Shown piece by piece: positions 18,256-27,920 of a stretch of DNA of 64,000 nt. Both the position numbers and the translations under genes were made by a program. How positions within the stretch are numbered: the first letter of the stretch is position 1; every line of letters begins with the position of its first letter. This DNA is from Ignavibacteriales bacterium (lineage in GTDB: Bacteria; Bacteroidota; Ignavibacteria; UBA10030; SZUA-254). Under the pieces are notes generated by a model, which worked only from the letters and a program-made list of their open reading frames with translations, had not been told where the DNA came from and did no database searches. The stretch covers positions 396,408-460,407 of the forward strand of contig JACRMQ010000007.1 in NCBI GenBank assembly GCA_016214905.1. The letters are read 5' to 3'.

Positions 18256-19587
18256 ATGACGATAAAACCAAAACTAAATACTTTCGATACGACAATGATT
18301 GTTGTCAGTTTGGTGATTGGCATCGGAATTTTCCGCACGCCAGCAATTGTTGCATCATCAGTCAATAGTACTGAATTATTTTTTGCCGCATGGATATGCG
18401 GAGGAATATTTAGCTTCATAGGTGCGCTTACGTTTGCAGAAATTGGTTCGCGTTTTACGAAGCCGGGTGCGTATTATAAAGTTGTGGCAGAATGTTATCA
18501 CCCAGCAGCAGCGTTTATGCTGAATTGGGCGAACGTTGTTATTGTAAACACCGCAGGCACTGCAGCGGTTGCAATGATAGGAGCCGAGTATCTTACCCCG
18601 ACTTTGTTTTCTTCAGTTACCGATCTAACATTCACAACGCAACTTGTTGCCGCCGGATTAACACTTTTTCTTCTGGTTATAAATTACCTCGGAATCAAAA
18701 CAGGTGCGTGGACGCAGAATATTCTTACAATATTTAAAATAGGCATGATGCTGTTGATTGTAGCCGCGGCTTTTTACTTGGGCAATCAGTCATCACCTGT
18801 AGTTCAAGAAATTCCGGCCTCACATTCCTGGTGGATGGGATTTGCATTAGGATTGGTTTCTGTCTATTACACTTATGGCGGGTATCAGAATACTCTTAAC
18901 TTCGGCGGTGATGTACAATCTCCGAAGCGGAACATACCGCGTGCAATATTTTTCGGTATCGCAATCATAATAATTTTATACCTGCTTATTAATTGGGCGT
19001 ACATTCATCTGCTCGGATTAGAAGGTGTGTCGGGATCAAAACTTGTTGCAGCGGAAGTGGCTCGAGTTTGTTTCGGCAATTCAGCGTCAACCGTTATCTC
19101 AATAACAATTTTTCTCTCGGCAATGGGATTTGTAAACGTCACGTTAATGCAGATACCGAGGACATATTATGCAATGGCAATGGATGGCGCACTTCCTAAA
19201 ATATTTATGAGGATAAATAGCAAAACACAAGCACAGGAATTCACGCTTATATTTTTCGGTGGTATGGTACTATTGTCGATTTTTCTTTTGGGGACCTTCG
19301 AAAAACTTGTCAATTATATTATGTTCTTCGATAATCTGAACAATGCCATCGTTGCTTCGACGATATTTGTTCTCAGGAAGCAATCAAAAATAACTTCCGA
19401 AACAGATTCCTACAAAATGCCGTGGTTTCCCGTGATGCCGTTCTTATTTATATTGTTTTTATTAGGAATTTCGATAAATGTATTTATAAACCAGCCAACC
19501 GATACTTACATCGGAATTGGAATTTTAATAACCGGTTATCCGTTCTATCGTTTAATGAAGATGGTTAGGAGTGACAAAAATTCTTAA
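18256..19587 (+). CDS. APC-family amino acid permease (MmuP-like candidate)
   Basis: 443 aa with ~12 predicted TM helices and APC signature regions. Immediately upstream of a homocysteine S-methyltransferase gene, as in mmuP-mmuM. Confidence 0.65.
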   Translation: MTIKPKLNTFDTTMIVVSLVIGIGIFRTPAIVASSVNSTELFFAAWICGGIFSFIGALTFAEIGSRFTKPGAYYKVVAECYHPAAAFMLNWANVVIVNTAGTAAVAMIGAEYLTPTLFSSVTDLTFTTQLVAAGLTLFLLVINYLGIKTGAWTQNILTIFKIGMMLLIVAAAFYLGNQSSPVVQEIPASHSWWMGFALGLVSVYYTYGGYQNTLNFGGDVQSPKRNIPRAIFFGIAIIIILYLLINWAYIHLLGLEGVSGSKLVAAEVARVCFGNSASTVISITIFLSAMGFVNVTLMQIPRTYYAMAMDGALPKIFMRINSKTQAQEFTLIFFGGMVLLSIFLLGTFEKLVNYIMFFDNLNNAIVASTIFVLRKQSKITSETDSYKMPWFPVMPFLFILFLLGISINVFINQPTDTYIGIGILITGYPFYRLMKMVRSDKNS

Positions 19588-19706
19588 GCATTATTTTGTA
19601 TATTCAGGATGTTGTATTTTCAGATGGAAAAGATAATTTTGATGTGTATGGTTATAAATTTTCATGGAATCATTTTTAATTACCTGGGGCCACGTTAATT
19701 GAAAGT

Positions 19707-20594
19707 GTGCGACCGATGAATCATATTCTTAATCACATCTTAGATGATCAGCTGATTATTACAGATGGTGCATGGGGTACGGTGCTTCATGCGTTAGGAT
19801 TAAAACCCGGTGAATGCGCAGACAGCTGGAATATCAATAATCCCGAAAAAGTTAAACAAATCGCCCGCGCATATACCAAAGCCGGCAGTTGCATATTACT
19901 CACAAATACATTTCGGGCGAATCGGATAACACTTAAAACATTTAATCTTGATTCGAAAATTAAAGAAATCAATTCAACTGGTGTGAAAATATCAAAACAT
20001 GCGATCCGCGATCGAGGTTTTGTTTTTGCATCGATCGGTCCGATCGGCAGTTCTTTAGAAACGAATAAAATTCCCGACGAAGAACTAAAAGAAATATTTT
20101 ACGAACAGGCGATCATTCTGGCAGACGCCGGCGCAGACGCGATTGTAATTGAAAGTGTTTTCAATTTGAACGAAGGATATATTGCGTTGGAAGCGGTAAA
20201 ACGCACAGGATTACCGGTTGTTTTTTCTATGACTTTCGATAAAGAAAATTTATTAAGCTCAAAAGATGATTTACATGCAACGCACGAATACAAAGAGAAA
20301 TTATCCGGAGCGGATATAGTCGGACTCAACTGTGGAACCGGAGTGGAAGATAGTCTTCTTCACATAAAAAAAATACGAACATACACCAAAGCTCCTTTAT
20401 GGTTCAAACCAAGCGCTGGAATTCCATCCATTGTTCGGAATAAAATTGTATATTCGACTACGATAAAAAATTTTGTTGAATACTCGCGTGTTCTAAAATC
20501 TCTCGGCGTAAAATTTATTGGAGGATGCTGCGGCACAACACCGGAATATATTAAACTGCTGTCAATGACATTGCGGAATAAAAGTGAATCTTGA
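19707..20594 (+). CDS. Homocysteine S-methyltransferase (MmuM/BHMT-family) paralog
   Basis: 295 aa. ITDGAWGT N-terminal motif, NCG (VGLNCGTG) and GGCCGTTPEY motifs. Confidence 0.75.
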   Translation: MRPMNHILNHILDDQLIITDGAWGTVLHALGLKPGECADSWNINNPEKVKQIARAYTKAGSCILLTNTFRANRITLKTFNLDSKIKEINSTGVKISKHAIRDRGFVFASIGPIGSSLETNKIPDEELKEIFYEQAIILADAGADAIVIESVFNLNEGYIALEAVKRTGLPVVFSMTFDKENLLSSKDDLHATHEYKEKLSGADIVGLNCGTGVEDSLLHIKKIRTYTKAPLWFKPSAGIPSIVRNKIVYSTTIKNFVEYSRVLKSLGVKFIGGCCGTTPEYIKLLSMTLRNKSES

Positions 20595-20723
20595 TCGCTA
20601 AAGGAGATCATTATGAAATAATTGAAATTCATTCCCTTTAATGATATATTTATTCTATTTATCAACAGCGTTGTTATTAGCTGCTGTGAATGGTCGATTT
20701 CACTTTTAGTAAGGATTTAATGG

Positions 20724-22544
20724 ATGAAATTGCAAGTGCTCGATTGGATTATCGTTGTTGGTACGTTCATAATATGTTTTCTACCGGCGTTATATTTTAG
20801 CAAGCGCGCCGGAAAAAATACTTCTGAATTTTTCGCCTCAGGCAGATCTGTCCCGTGGTGGCTGGGAGGACTTTCGATGGTTGCAACTACATTCAGCAGC
20901 GATACGCCGAACCTTGTTACCGATATTGTACGACGCCAGGGAGTCGCAGGGAACTGGGTGTGGTGGGCTTTTGTGTTGACAGGAGTTTCAACGGTTTTCT
21001 TCTATGCACGACTCTGGCGCAGATCGGGAGTAATGACGGATCTTGAATTTTATGAACTGAGGTATTCAGGTAAAGCGGCGAGTTTTGTTAGAGGATTCAG
21101 ATCGATTTATTTAGGTTTGTTTTTTAACGCCATGATAATGGCGACAGTCAATTTAGCGGCATGCAAAATTGCCGGGATATTATTCGGGCTTGACCGCTGG
21201 CAAACGCTGATGATAGTTGGTGTACTTAATGTCGCGTTTGCTGCTCAGTCGGGTTTGTGGGGAGTTCTTGTCATCGACATGATTCAATTTTTTATCAAGA
21301 TGACTGCAGTAATTGCAGCAGCATACTTTGCTCTTCAACTTCCTGAAATTGGCGGAATGAGCGGCCTTGTTGAAAAACTTTCTCACACCAGCGGACCTAA
21401 TGGAATAAATTATCTTAATATTCTTCCCGACTTTACCAGTAATTGGGATATTGCGTTGGCTGTCTTTATTATGCCGATAGCAGTTCAATGGTGGGCTGTC
21501 TGGTATCCGGGTGCCGAACCCGGCGGCGGAAGTTATATCGCTCAGAGAATGCTTGCTTCAAAATCAGAAAAAGACTCACTCGGCGCGGTTTTATTTTTCA
21601 ATGTTGCACATTATGTCCTTCGTCCATGGCCCTGGATTATTGTTGGGCTTTGCTCTATTGTTATTTATCCGCAATTATCAGATATTCAAAACGCATTTCC
21701 GAATTTGGACCCGAAACTTCTCGGTCACGATATTGCATATCCCGCAATGTTAAAATTTTTACCTGTCGGTTTTATCGGGTTGATGGTAGGTGGACTTATT
21801 GCTGCGAATTCATCGACCATACTCACTCACCTAAATTGGGGTGCTTCGTATATTGTGCACGATTTTTATCGAAGGTTCATACGTAAAAATTCAGATGAAA
21901 AACATTATGTGCTGGTAGGTAGATTAGTGACTATCGGATTATTTTTATGCGGGGCAGGACTTGTTTTTGTTCTTGATACGGCAAAAGACACATTCGATAT
22001 GATATTACAAGTAGGCGCGGGTACCGGATTAATATATTTAATCCGATGGTTTTGGTGGCGTGTAAATGCCTGGTCGGAAGTTGTCGCTATGATTAGTTCA
22101 TTCGTGATCTCAATGATATTGTTTATTCTGAAAAAACAAGGAATTGAAATCAGCGTTCATATAGGGTTACTGACTACAATCTTTTTCACGACGGCATGCT
22201 GGCTTACCGCTGCATTTCTCGGTCCCCGTACCGACGAAAAAGTTCTTATCGATTTTTACAAAAAAGTTAAACCATTCGGTCCCGGTTGGAAGAGAATAAA
22301 AGAGAAGGCTGGGATTTCAGATTCAGATATCAAAAGTGCGAACGGGAATATACCTCTTGCACTTCTGGGTTGGTTTACAGGATGCATTGTGATATGGTCA
22401 TCTTTGTTCACAGTTGGAAATTTTTTATATGGAAGATTGAATTATGCAATCGGTTTACTTGTAGTTTTTATTGTCAGCGGCATTTCGCTTATATTCGTAA
22501 TTAGAAAATTGTGGTCGGATGGTGGTGAAACAAAAATCGAATGA
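20724..22544 (+). CDS. Sodium:solute symporter (SSS family)
   Basis: 606 aa, ~13-14 TM helices, SSS-type topology and motifs. Overlaps the downstream kinase gene by 4 nt. Confidence 0.65.
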   Translation: MKLQVLDWIIVVGTFIICFLPALYFSKRAGKNTSEFFASGRSVPWWLGGLSMVATTFSSDTPNLVTDIVRRQGVAGNWVWWAFVLTGVSTVFFYARLWRRSGVMTDLEFYELRYSGKAASFVRGFRSIYLGLFFNAMIMATVNLAACKIAGILFGLDRWQTLMIVGVLNVAFAAQSGLWGVLVIDMIQFFIKMTAVIAAAYFALQLPEIGGMSGLVEKLSHTSGPNGINYLNILPDFTSNWDIALAVFIMPIAVQWWAVWYPGAEPGGGSYIAQRMLASKSEKDSLGAVLFFNVAHYVLRPWPWIIVGLCSIVIYPQLSDIQNAFPNLDPKLLGHDIAYPAMLKFLPVGFIGLMVGGLIAANSSTILTHLNWGASYIVHDFYRRFIRKNSDEKHYVLVGRLVTIGLFLCGAGLVFVLDTAKDTFDMILQVGAGTGLIYLIRWFWWRVNAWSEVVAMISSFVISMILFILKKQGIEISVHIGLLTTIFFTTACWLTAAFLGPRTDEKVLIDFYKKVKPFGPGWKRIKEKAGISDSDIKSANGNIPLALLGWFTGCIVIWSSLFTVGNFLYGRLNYAIGLLVVFIVSGISLIFVIRKLWSDGGETKIE

Positions 22545-23632
22545 ACCAAATTCAAAAATTAAAAATATCAACACCCGGCAGGATATGCCTTTTTGGTGAA
22601 CATCAAGATTATCTGTTGTTACCTGTAATTCCCGCTGCGATATCGTTAAGGATAAGCATTGAAGGAGAGAGGCGTAAAGATGCTGAAATTACGTTAAAGT
22701 TACCGGATATTAATTCTGGAATTCGGTTTCCAATCACCAAGAATATTGAGTATGTTCTCGATAGAGATTATTTCCGGAGCGTTTTTAATGTATTACAAAA
22801 AAAGGGATTCACATTTTCATCCGGGTTGAACGGTATTGTGAAGGGAACAATACCGATTAGTTCCGGCACTTCAAGCTCATCTGCACTAGTTGTTTCGTGG
22901 ACAAATTTTTTGGCGCGGATGAGCGATCAAGCAAAAGACTTATCGGCAGGTGAAATTGCACGGATTGCCCATAGGGCCGAGGTGCTGGAATTTGGAGAAC
23001 CCGGCGGCATGATGGATCAGTATTCAACAGCGCTCGGTGGAATAATCCATCTCTCTTTTTATCCGGTAATTTCAATCAAACCGATAAACGTGAAAATGGG
23101 TGATTATGTGCTTGGTGATTCAAAATCACCTAAAGATACAAAAAGTATACTGTCACGGGTTAAAAACCGTATTATTCAAATTGTACAAAAACTTTCCATA
23201 CATTATCCTGAATTCTCTCTGCAATCGATTCAATTACTGGAGCTGGATCGGTTCAGGAAAGAATTAAACAATGATGAAATGGAGTTGCTTGAAGGAACAA
23301 TCCGTAATCGCGATATCACCATAGAAGCATTAAAGCTCTTAGAAACTTTTCCGCTTGATGGAAAGAAACTTGGAGCATTACTTAACGATCATCAACAAAT
23401 TTTGAGAGATGTTTTACAAATATCAACGGAGAAGATTGATAGAATGCTCGATGCCGCGATGGAAGCAGGAGCGTACGGCGGAAAGATCAACGGCTCGGGC
23501 GGCGGTGGCTGCATGTTTGTATACGCGCCGAAAAATACAGAAGTTATCGCCGAAGCCATAAAGAGGGCAGGCGGTAAAGCTTACATTGTTCGTGTTGATG
23601 AAGGAACACGTGTTGATCAAATGATAGAATGA
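22541..23632 (+). CDS. GHMP-family sugar kinase (galacto-/fuco-/N-acetylhexosamine-kinase-like)
   Basis: 363 aa. GHMP motif PISSGTSSSSALVVS and the N-terminal GRICLFGEHQDY motif typical of galactokinase-like enzymes. Confidence 0.65.
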   Translation: MNQIQKLKISTPGRICLFGEHQDYLLLPVIPAAISLRISIEGERRKDAEITLKLPDINSGIRFPITKNIEYVLDRDYFRSVFNVLQKKGFTFSSGLNGIVKGTIPISSGTSSSSALVVSWTNFLARMSDQAKDLSAGEIARIAHRAEVLEFGEPGGMMDQYSTALGGIIHLSFYPVISIKPINVKMGDYVLGDSKSPKDTKSILSRVKNRIIQIVQKLSIHYPEFSLQSIQLLELDRFRKELNNDEMELLEGTIRNRDITIEALKLLETFPLDGKKLGALLNDHQQILRDVLQISTEKIDRMLDAAMEAGAYGGKINGSGGGGCMFVYAPKNTEVIAEAIKRAGGKAYIVRVDEGTRVDQMIE

Positions 23633-24504
23633 AAATGAAAGAACCAAACATTGTTATTCTTGCAGGCGGTGTTTCTTCCAGAATGAAAAAACCGATCAAA
23701 CCGGTCGAAAATATCGATTCTTCTATCCTAAAGGATATTCATACGACATCCAAATCTATGCTGGGTGTCGGAGGGAACGCGCGTCCGTTCCTCGATTACC
23801 TCCTCTATAATATTGAAACAGCAAACTACACGAATGTGGTTATTGTTGTTGGTGAAAGAGATCCCGGTATTTATGATTATTATGAAAATAATAAAGGGAA
23901 AAATCAATTTAAACGACTGGGAATTTCTTATGCAGTTCAAAAAATTCCGGAAGGCAGAGTAAAACCGCTTGGAACAGCGGATGCTTTAATGATTGCACTT
24001 AAGTCAAAACCGGAATGGAGTGGACAAAGTTTCACGGTTTGTAATAGCGATAACCTGTATTCTGTGAGAGCTTTGAAAGCGATGATGGATGACTATCATG
24101 AAAATGGAATGATCGATTACGATAGATCAGTGCTTCGATTCGATCGGGCACGCATCGAAGCTTTCTCGGTTATTCGTAAAGACGCCGATGGTTTTTTAAT
24201 GGATATTGTAGAAAAACCATCTCCTCAGGATATAGAACAAGCTAAAGATGAGAAAGGAAGAATCGGTGTGAGTATGAATATATTTCGATTTTCATACGAC
24301 ATGATATTTCCATTTCTTGAAGATGTACCGATGCATTCGATAAGAAAGGAAAAAGAATTACCTTTAGCGGTAAAAATGATGATAGAGAAATATCCAGGTT
24401 CGATGTACACGATTCCTCTTGCCGAGCATGTAATAGATTTGACAAGTCAATCCGATATCTTCGATGTAAAAGAGTACCTTAAAAAGGAATATCCGAATTT
24501 TTAA
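23629..24504 (+). CDS. Sugar-1-phosphate nucleotidyltransferase (NTP_transferase family)
   Basis: 291 aa. N-terminal IVILAGGVSSRM pyrophosphorylase motif. Overlaps the kinase gene by 4 nt, so forms an operon with it. Confidence 0.65.
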   Translation: MKMKEPNIVILAGGVSSRMKKPIKPVENIDSSILKDIHTTSKSMLGVGGNARPFLDYLLYNIETANYTNVVIVVGERDPGIYDYYENNKGKNQFKRLGISYAVQKIPEGRVKPLGTADALMIALKSKPEWSGQSFTVCNSDNLYSVRALKAMMDDYHENGMIDYDRSVLRFDRARIEAFSVIRKDADGFLMDIVEKPSPQDIEQAKDEKGRIGVSMNIFRFSYDMIFPFLEDVPMHSIRKEKELPLAVKMMIEKYPGSMYTIPLAEHVIDLTSQSDIFDVKEYLKKEYPNF

Positions 24505-24580
24505 TAATCATTACTGACGTTCCCAAAAATATTTTTAATCTAACTGTTGTCTCATTAATTCAAATCCCAATGTAAATATT

Positions 24581-27500
24581 ATGAAATCGTTCATTCAGTT
24601 GTTAATGATAATTTTCTTCATCTGTTTATTATCTACCTTCGCTTGTTATTCACAGCAAAAAGAGATCATCATAAATGTTTCGAGTAAAAATGTCGATACT
24701 GTGCGATATATTTTGCCGGCTAATTATCAGAATGGTTTCAGAAAATCGGTTTCCGGTCAAACCATTGAGTACCATTCCAATCATCCCGATGCAAATCAAG
24801 CGTTACTCGTAAGAGCGAAGCGTGATGTTGGATCAATTTCGTGGGAAAGTGATACGCTAAAGGAAGATGGAAGTAATTTCTATAATCTCATCTGGCTTGC
24901 CGGCATCGAAAAGAGCGGATGGCAGCAAAGCACTCCTCACAAATTTGATTTTTATATAAATGGTGAGAAATGGTTTACGTTTAAAAATTTTAAAGACTCA
25001 TCGGCATCCTCCTGGAATGTTCAGGGAAATAGCGGAAGTGAATTATCTTTCGAGTCGAGTATAGCTGATAGGTTCGGAGATTTATTCGGATATATGAGAT
25101 TGAAATTACCTAAAGGCAATTTTAAATCCGGTTATCCATTGATCTTCGGAGTAAGAGGTGAAGATGCCGAGAGTCCGGATTGGTTCATGGCGTTCGAATA
25201 TTCATTTAACTTCACACCCCGATTGCGGTTGGAACCCGCGCTCCTTCGTACAAATTCTGTTCCTTCTCAAGTTATCCGGTTATCGCTGGATAATTTATTG
25301 CATGGAAGGTCGATAGAAATAATTGCTGATGATCAACGATCTATAAAAGAAACTTTGAAAGTCGGAGGAAATATATTCTTCATACCCGTTGATGAAGTTA
25401 AATCAGAAACGCAAATCCCTGTACTGTTTTCAATCGATGGAAAGATAGTTGAACGCAAGAACGTAACGTTGAAACCGGTAATTAGAAGAGAGATATATCT
25501 TTTATCGTATTCTCATAACGATATCGGATACACCGACTTACAACCTAATATCGAGAAAAAACAAATGCGGAATCTTGATGAGGCGTTACGGTTGATGGAA
25601 CAAACGAAAGGCTATCCTCCCGAAGCACAATACAAGTGGAACATGGAAGTGATCTGGGCGCTTGAAAGTTATATGAAGCAAGCTTCTGAAGAAAAACAAA
25701 AAGAAGTTGTCGATGCGATAAAAAATGGAAAACTCGGATTGAATGCGCTCTATGCAAATGTCTTGACAGGACTCGCAAGCAGTGTCGAGATGATGCACTT
25801 TACGGAATATGCGAGAAAATTGTCGGGCGAATATTCCGTTCCGATAACAACTGCCTGCGTTTCAGACATCCCTGGATTCACATGGGGGCTTGTTCCAACG
25901 CTTGCAAAAAGCGGAGTAAAATATTTTTCAAGCGCACCTAATAGTTTCGATCGTGTCGGTCATATTTATGAGATGGGTGACAAACCATTTTACTGGGAAT
26001 CTCAATCGGGGGAAGAAAAAGTATTGACGTGGATCGCTGCTGCGAGTTATGCGAGTTTTCACGAGGGAGATATTTCCCGGCTCGGAGATGAAAAGATTTT
26101 GAAAATGATGAGACGGCTCGATGAAAATAACTATCCGTATGATATCGTTCAGCTTCCGTACACGATCGGGGGTGATAATGGTCCACCCGATCCGAATCTT
26201 TCTGATTTTGTAAACCGATGGAATGAAAGATATGTGTCGCCACGTTTAATCATCTCGATTCATAATCAAATGTTCAATGAATTTGAGAAGAAGTACGGTT
26301 CAACTCTTCCAATACTTAAGGGCGATTTGACACCGTATTGGGAAGACGGTGCGTTTTCTACTTCGAAAGAAACATTTCAAAATCGTCACGCAGCAGATAG
26401 GTTAATTCAAAGTGAAGTCGTTTGGTCAATGCTATCACCGGATAATTTCCCCGGCCAAGATTATTATAATGCGTGGCGGCAAGTCGTTCTGTACGATGAA
26501 CATACCTGGGGTGCGCATAATAGCGTTGCAAATCCTGATTCTTCGTTTGTCAAAGGTCAGTGGAATATTAAAAAACAATTTGCAACCGATGCAGACAGCA
26601 TGTCAAACTTATTACTGGAGAAAGCTTTCGGCACCTCGAAAAAGGAGAATGGTTCAATCGATGTTTATAACACGAATTCATGGTATAGAACCGATTTGGT
26701 TGTTCTACCCAAAGAAAAAAATTTGGCAGGCGACCTTGTGGTTAATGAGAAAGGGAAAAAGATTGCATCGCAGCGGCTCACTACGGGTGAGCTCGCATTT
26801 GTTGCGGATAATGTTCCACCCTTTTCAGCAAAACGTTTTTTTGTTAAAACCGGAAAAGCATACCAAAAAGGAAATACGAAAATATACGGAACTTCTATTG
26901 AGAATCAATTGCTCTCGGCAACAATAAATGGAAACAGAGGAACAATCGATGAACTGATCCGGAAGAGAGACGGCAAGCAGTTGGTTCGCGCTAATGGCTC
27001 ATCAGGTTTGAACCGTTATCTTTATGTTCCCGGAAAGAATCCGGACAGCGTGCAATATCTGAAAAACATAACTATCAAGGTTAAAGAGCGCGGACCGGTT
27101 ATGGTATCGCTTGTTGTAGTCGGTGATGCCCCCGGATGCAGAAAATATTCTTCCGAGATAAGAATAATCGATGGTATCGAAAGGATCGATATAATAAATA
27201 ATATCGACAAGATTGCAATCCGCGAAAAAGAAGGAGTACACTTTGAATTCCCATTCAATATTTCCGATGGACAATTGCGTTACGACGTTGCAGTTGGAAT
27301 TGTTCAGCCCGAAAAAGATCAGATTCCGGGTTCATGTAAGAATTTTTTCTCTACACAAAGCTTCGTAGATATTTCGAATGAAGAATTAGGAGTTACGTTG
27401 GCTTCTCCGGATGCTTCGCTGATAGAGATCGGTTCTATTAATGCGGAGAAACCATGGATGAAAACGATAGAACCATCTCAAACTATTTATTCGTACGTAA

Positions 27501-27919
27501 TGAATAACTACTGGCACACTAATTACAAAGCTGATCAGGAAGGTCCTGTAACATTTCGGTATTCAATTATGCCGCATGCCCAATTCAAACCTGAAGCTGC
27601 TATCAGGTTCGGGATTGAACAGCGACAAACTTTGATTGTCGCACCTGCCTCGGTAAAAGGTATCTCCTCGCTCTGCACTGTTGAGCCATCAAGTGTCATT
27701 ATAAATTCTATCAAACCATATCCAATTTCCAACGGCTGGCTTGCTGAAATCTATAACGCAAGCGCCAAAACACAGAACGCATCTATTCACTGGAACAAAT
27801 CGATACCGGTAGAGATGCGTCTTAGCAGTGTTAACGGAGAATTTGGTGGAAAAATCCAAACCCCAATCCAGATTCCTGCATACGGATCTCGTTTCATTCG
27901 CATTGATAGAAAGAAATAG
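24581..27919 (+). CDS. Glycoside hydrolase family 38-like alpha-mannosidase, secreted
   Basis: 1112 aa with a signal peptide. GH38 N-terminal metal-site motif LLSYSHNDIGYTD (compare PHSHNDPGW). Size and multi-domain layout fit bacterial GH38. Confidence 0.55.
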   Translation: MKSFIQLLMIIFFICLLSTFACYSQQKEIIINVSSKNVDTVRYILPANYQNGFRKSVSGQTIEYHSNHPDANQALLVRAKRDVGSISWESDTLKEDGSNFYNLIWLAGIEKSGWQQSTPHKFDFYINGEKWFTFKNFKDSSASSWNVQGNSGSELSFESSIADRFGDLFGYMRLKLPKGNFKSGYPLIFGVRGEDAESPDWFMAFEYSFNFTPRLRLEPALLRTNSVPSQVIRLSLDNLLHGRSIEIIADDQRSIKETLKVGGNIFFIPVDEVKSETQIPVLFSIDGKIVERKNVTLKPVIRREIYLLSYSHNDIGYTDLQPNIEKKQMRNLDEALRLMEQTKGYPPEAQYKWNMEVIWALESYMKQASEEKQKEVVDAIKNGKLGLNALYANVLTGLASSVEMMHFTEYARKLSGEYSVPITTACVSDIPGFTWGLVPTLAKSGVKYFSSAPNSFDRVGHIYEMGDKPFYWESQSGEEKVLTWIAAASYASFHEGDISRLGDEKILKMMRRLDENNYPYDIVQLPYTIGGDNGPPDPNLSDFVNRWNERYVSPRLIISIHNQMFNEFEKKYGSTLPILKGDLTPYWEDGAFSTSKETFQNRHAADRLIQSEVVWSMLSPDNFPGQDYYNAWRQVVLYDEHTWGAHNSVANPDSSFVKGQWNIKKQFATDADSMSNLLLEKAFGTSKKENGSIDVYNTNSWYRTDLVVLPKEKNLAGDLVVNEKGKKIASQRLTTGELAFVADNVPPFSAKRFFVKTGKAYQKGNTKIYGTSIENQLLSATINGNRGTIDELIRKRDGKQLVRANGSSGLNRYLYVPGKNPDSVQYLKNITIKVKERGPVMVSLVVVGDAPGCRKYSSEIRIIDGIERIDIINNIDKIAIREKEGVHFEFPFNISDGQLRYDVAVGIVQPEKDQIPGSCKNFFSTQSFVDISNEELGVTLASPDASLIEIGSINAEKPWMKTIEPSQTIYSYVMNNYWHTNYKADQEGPVTFRYSIMPHAQFKPEAAIRFGIEQRQTLIVAPASVKGISSLCTVEPSSVIINSIKPYPISNGWLAEIYNASAKTQNASIHWNKSIPVEMRLSSVNGEFGGKIQTPIQIPAYGSRFIRIDRKK

Positions 27920-27920
27920 T

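Noticed and set aside
27828-27920. N-terminal 31-residue extension of the GH35 ORF that overlaps the GH38 gene
   Set aside because: The ATG at 27921 starts a canonical signal peptide (MKRLSIFGL...) directly after the GH38 stop. The upstream extension is an artifact of ORF calling.
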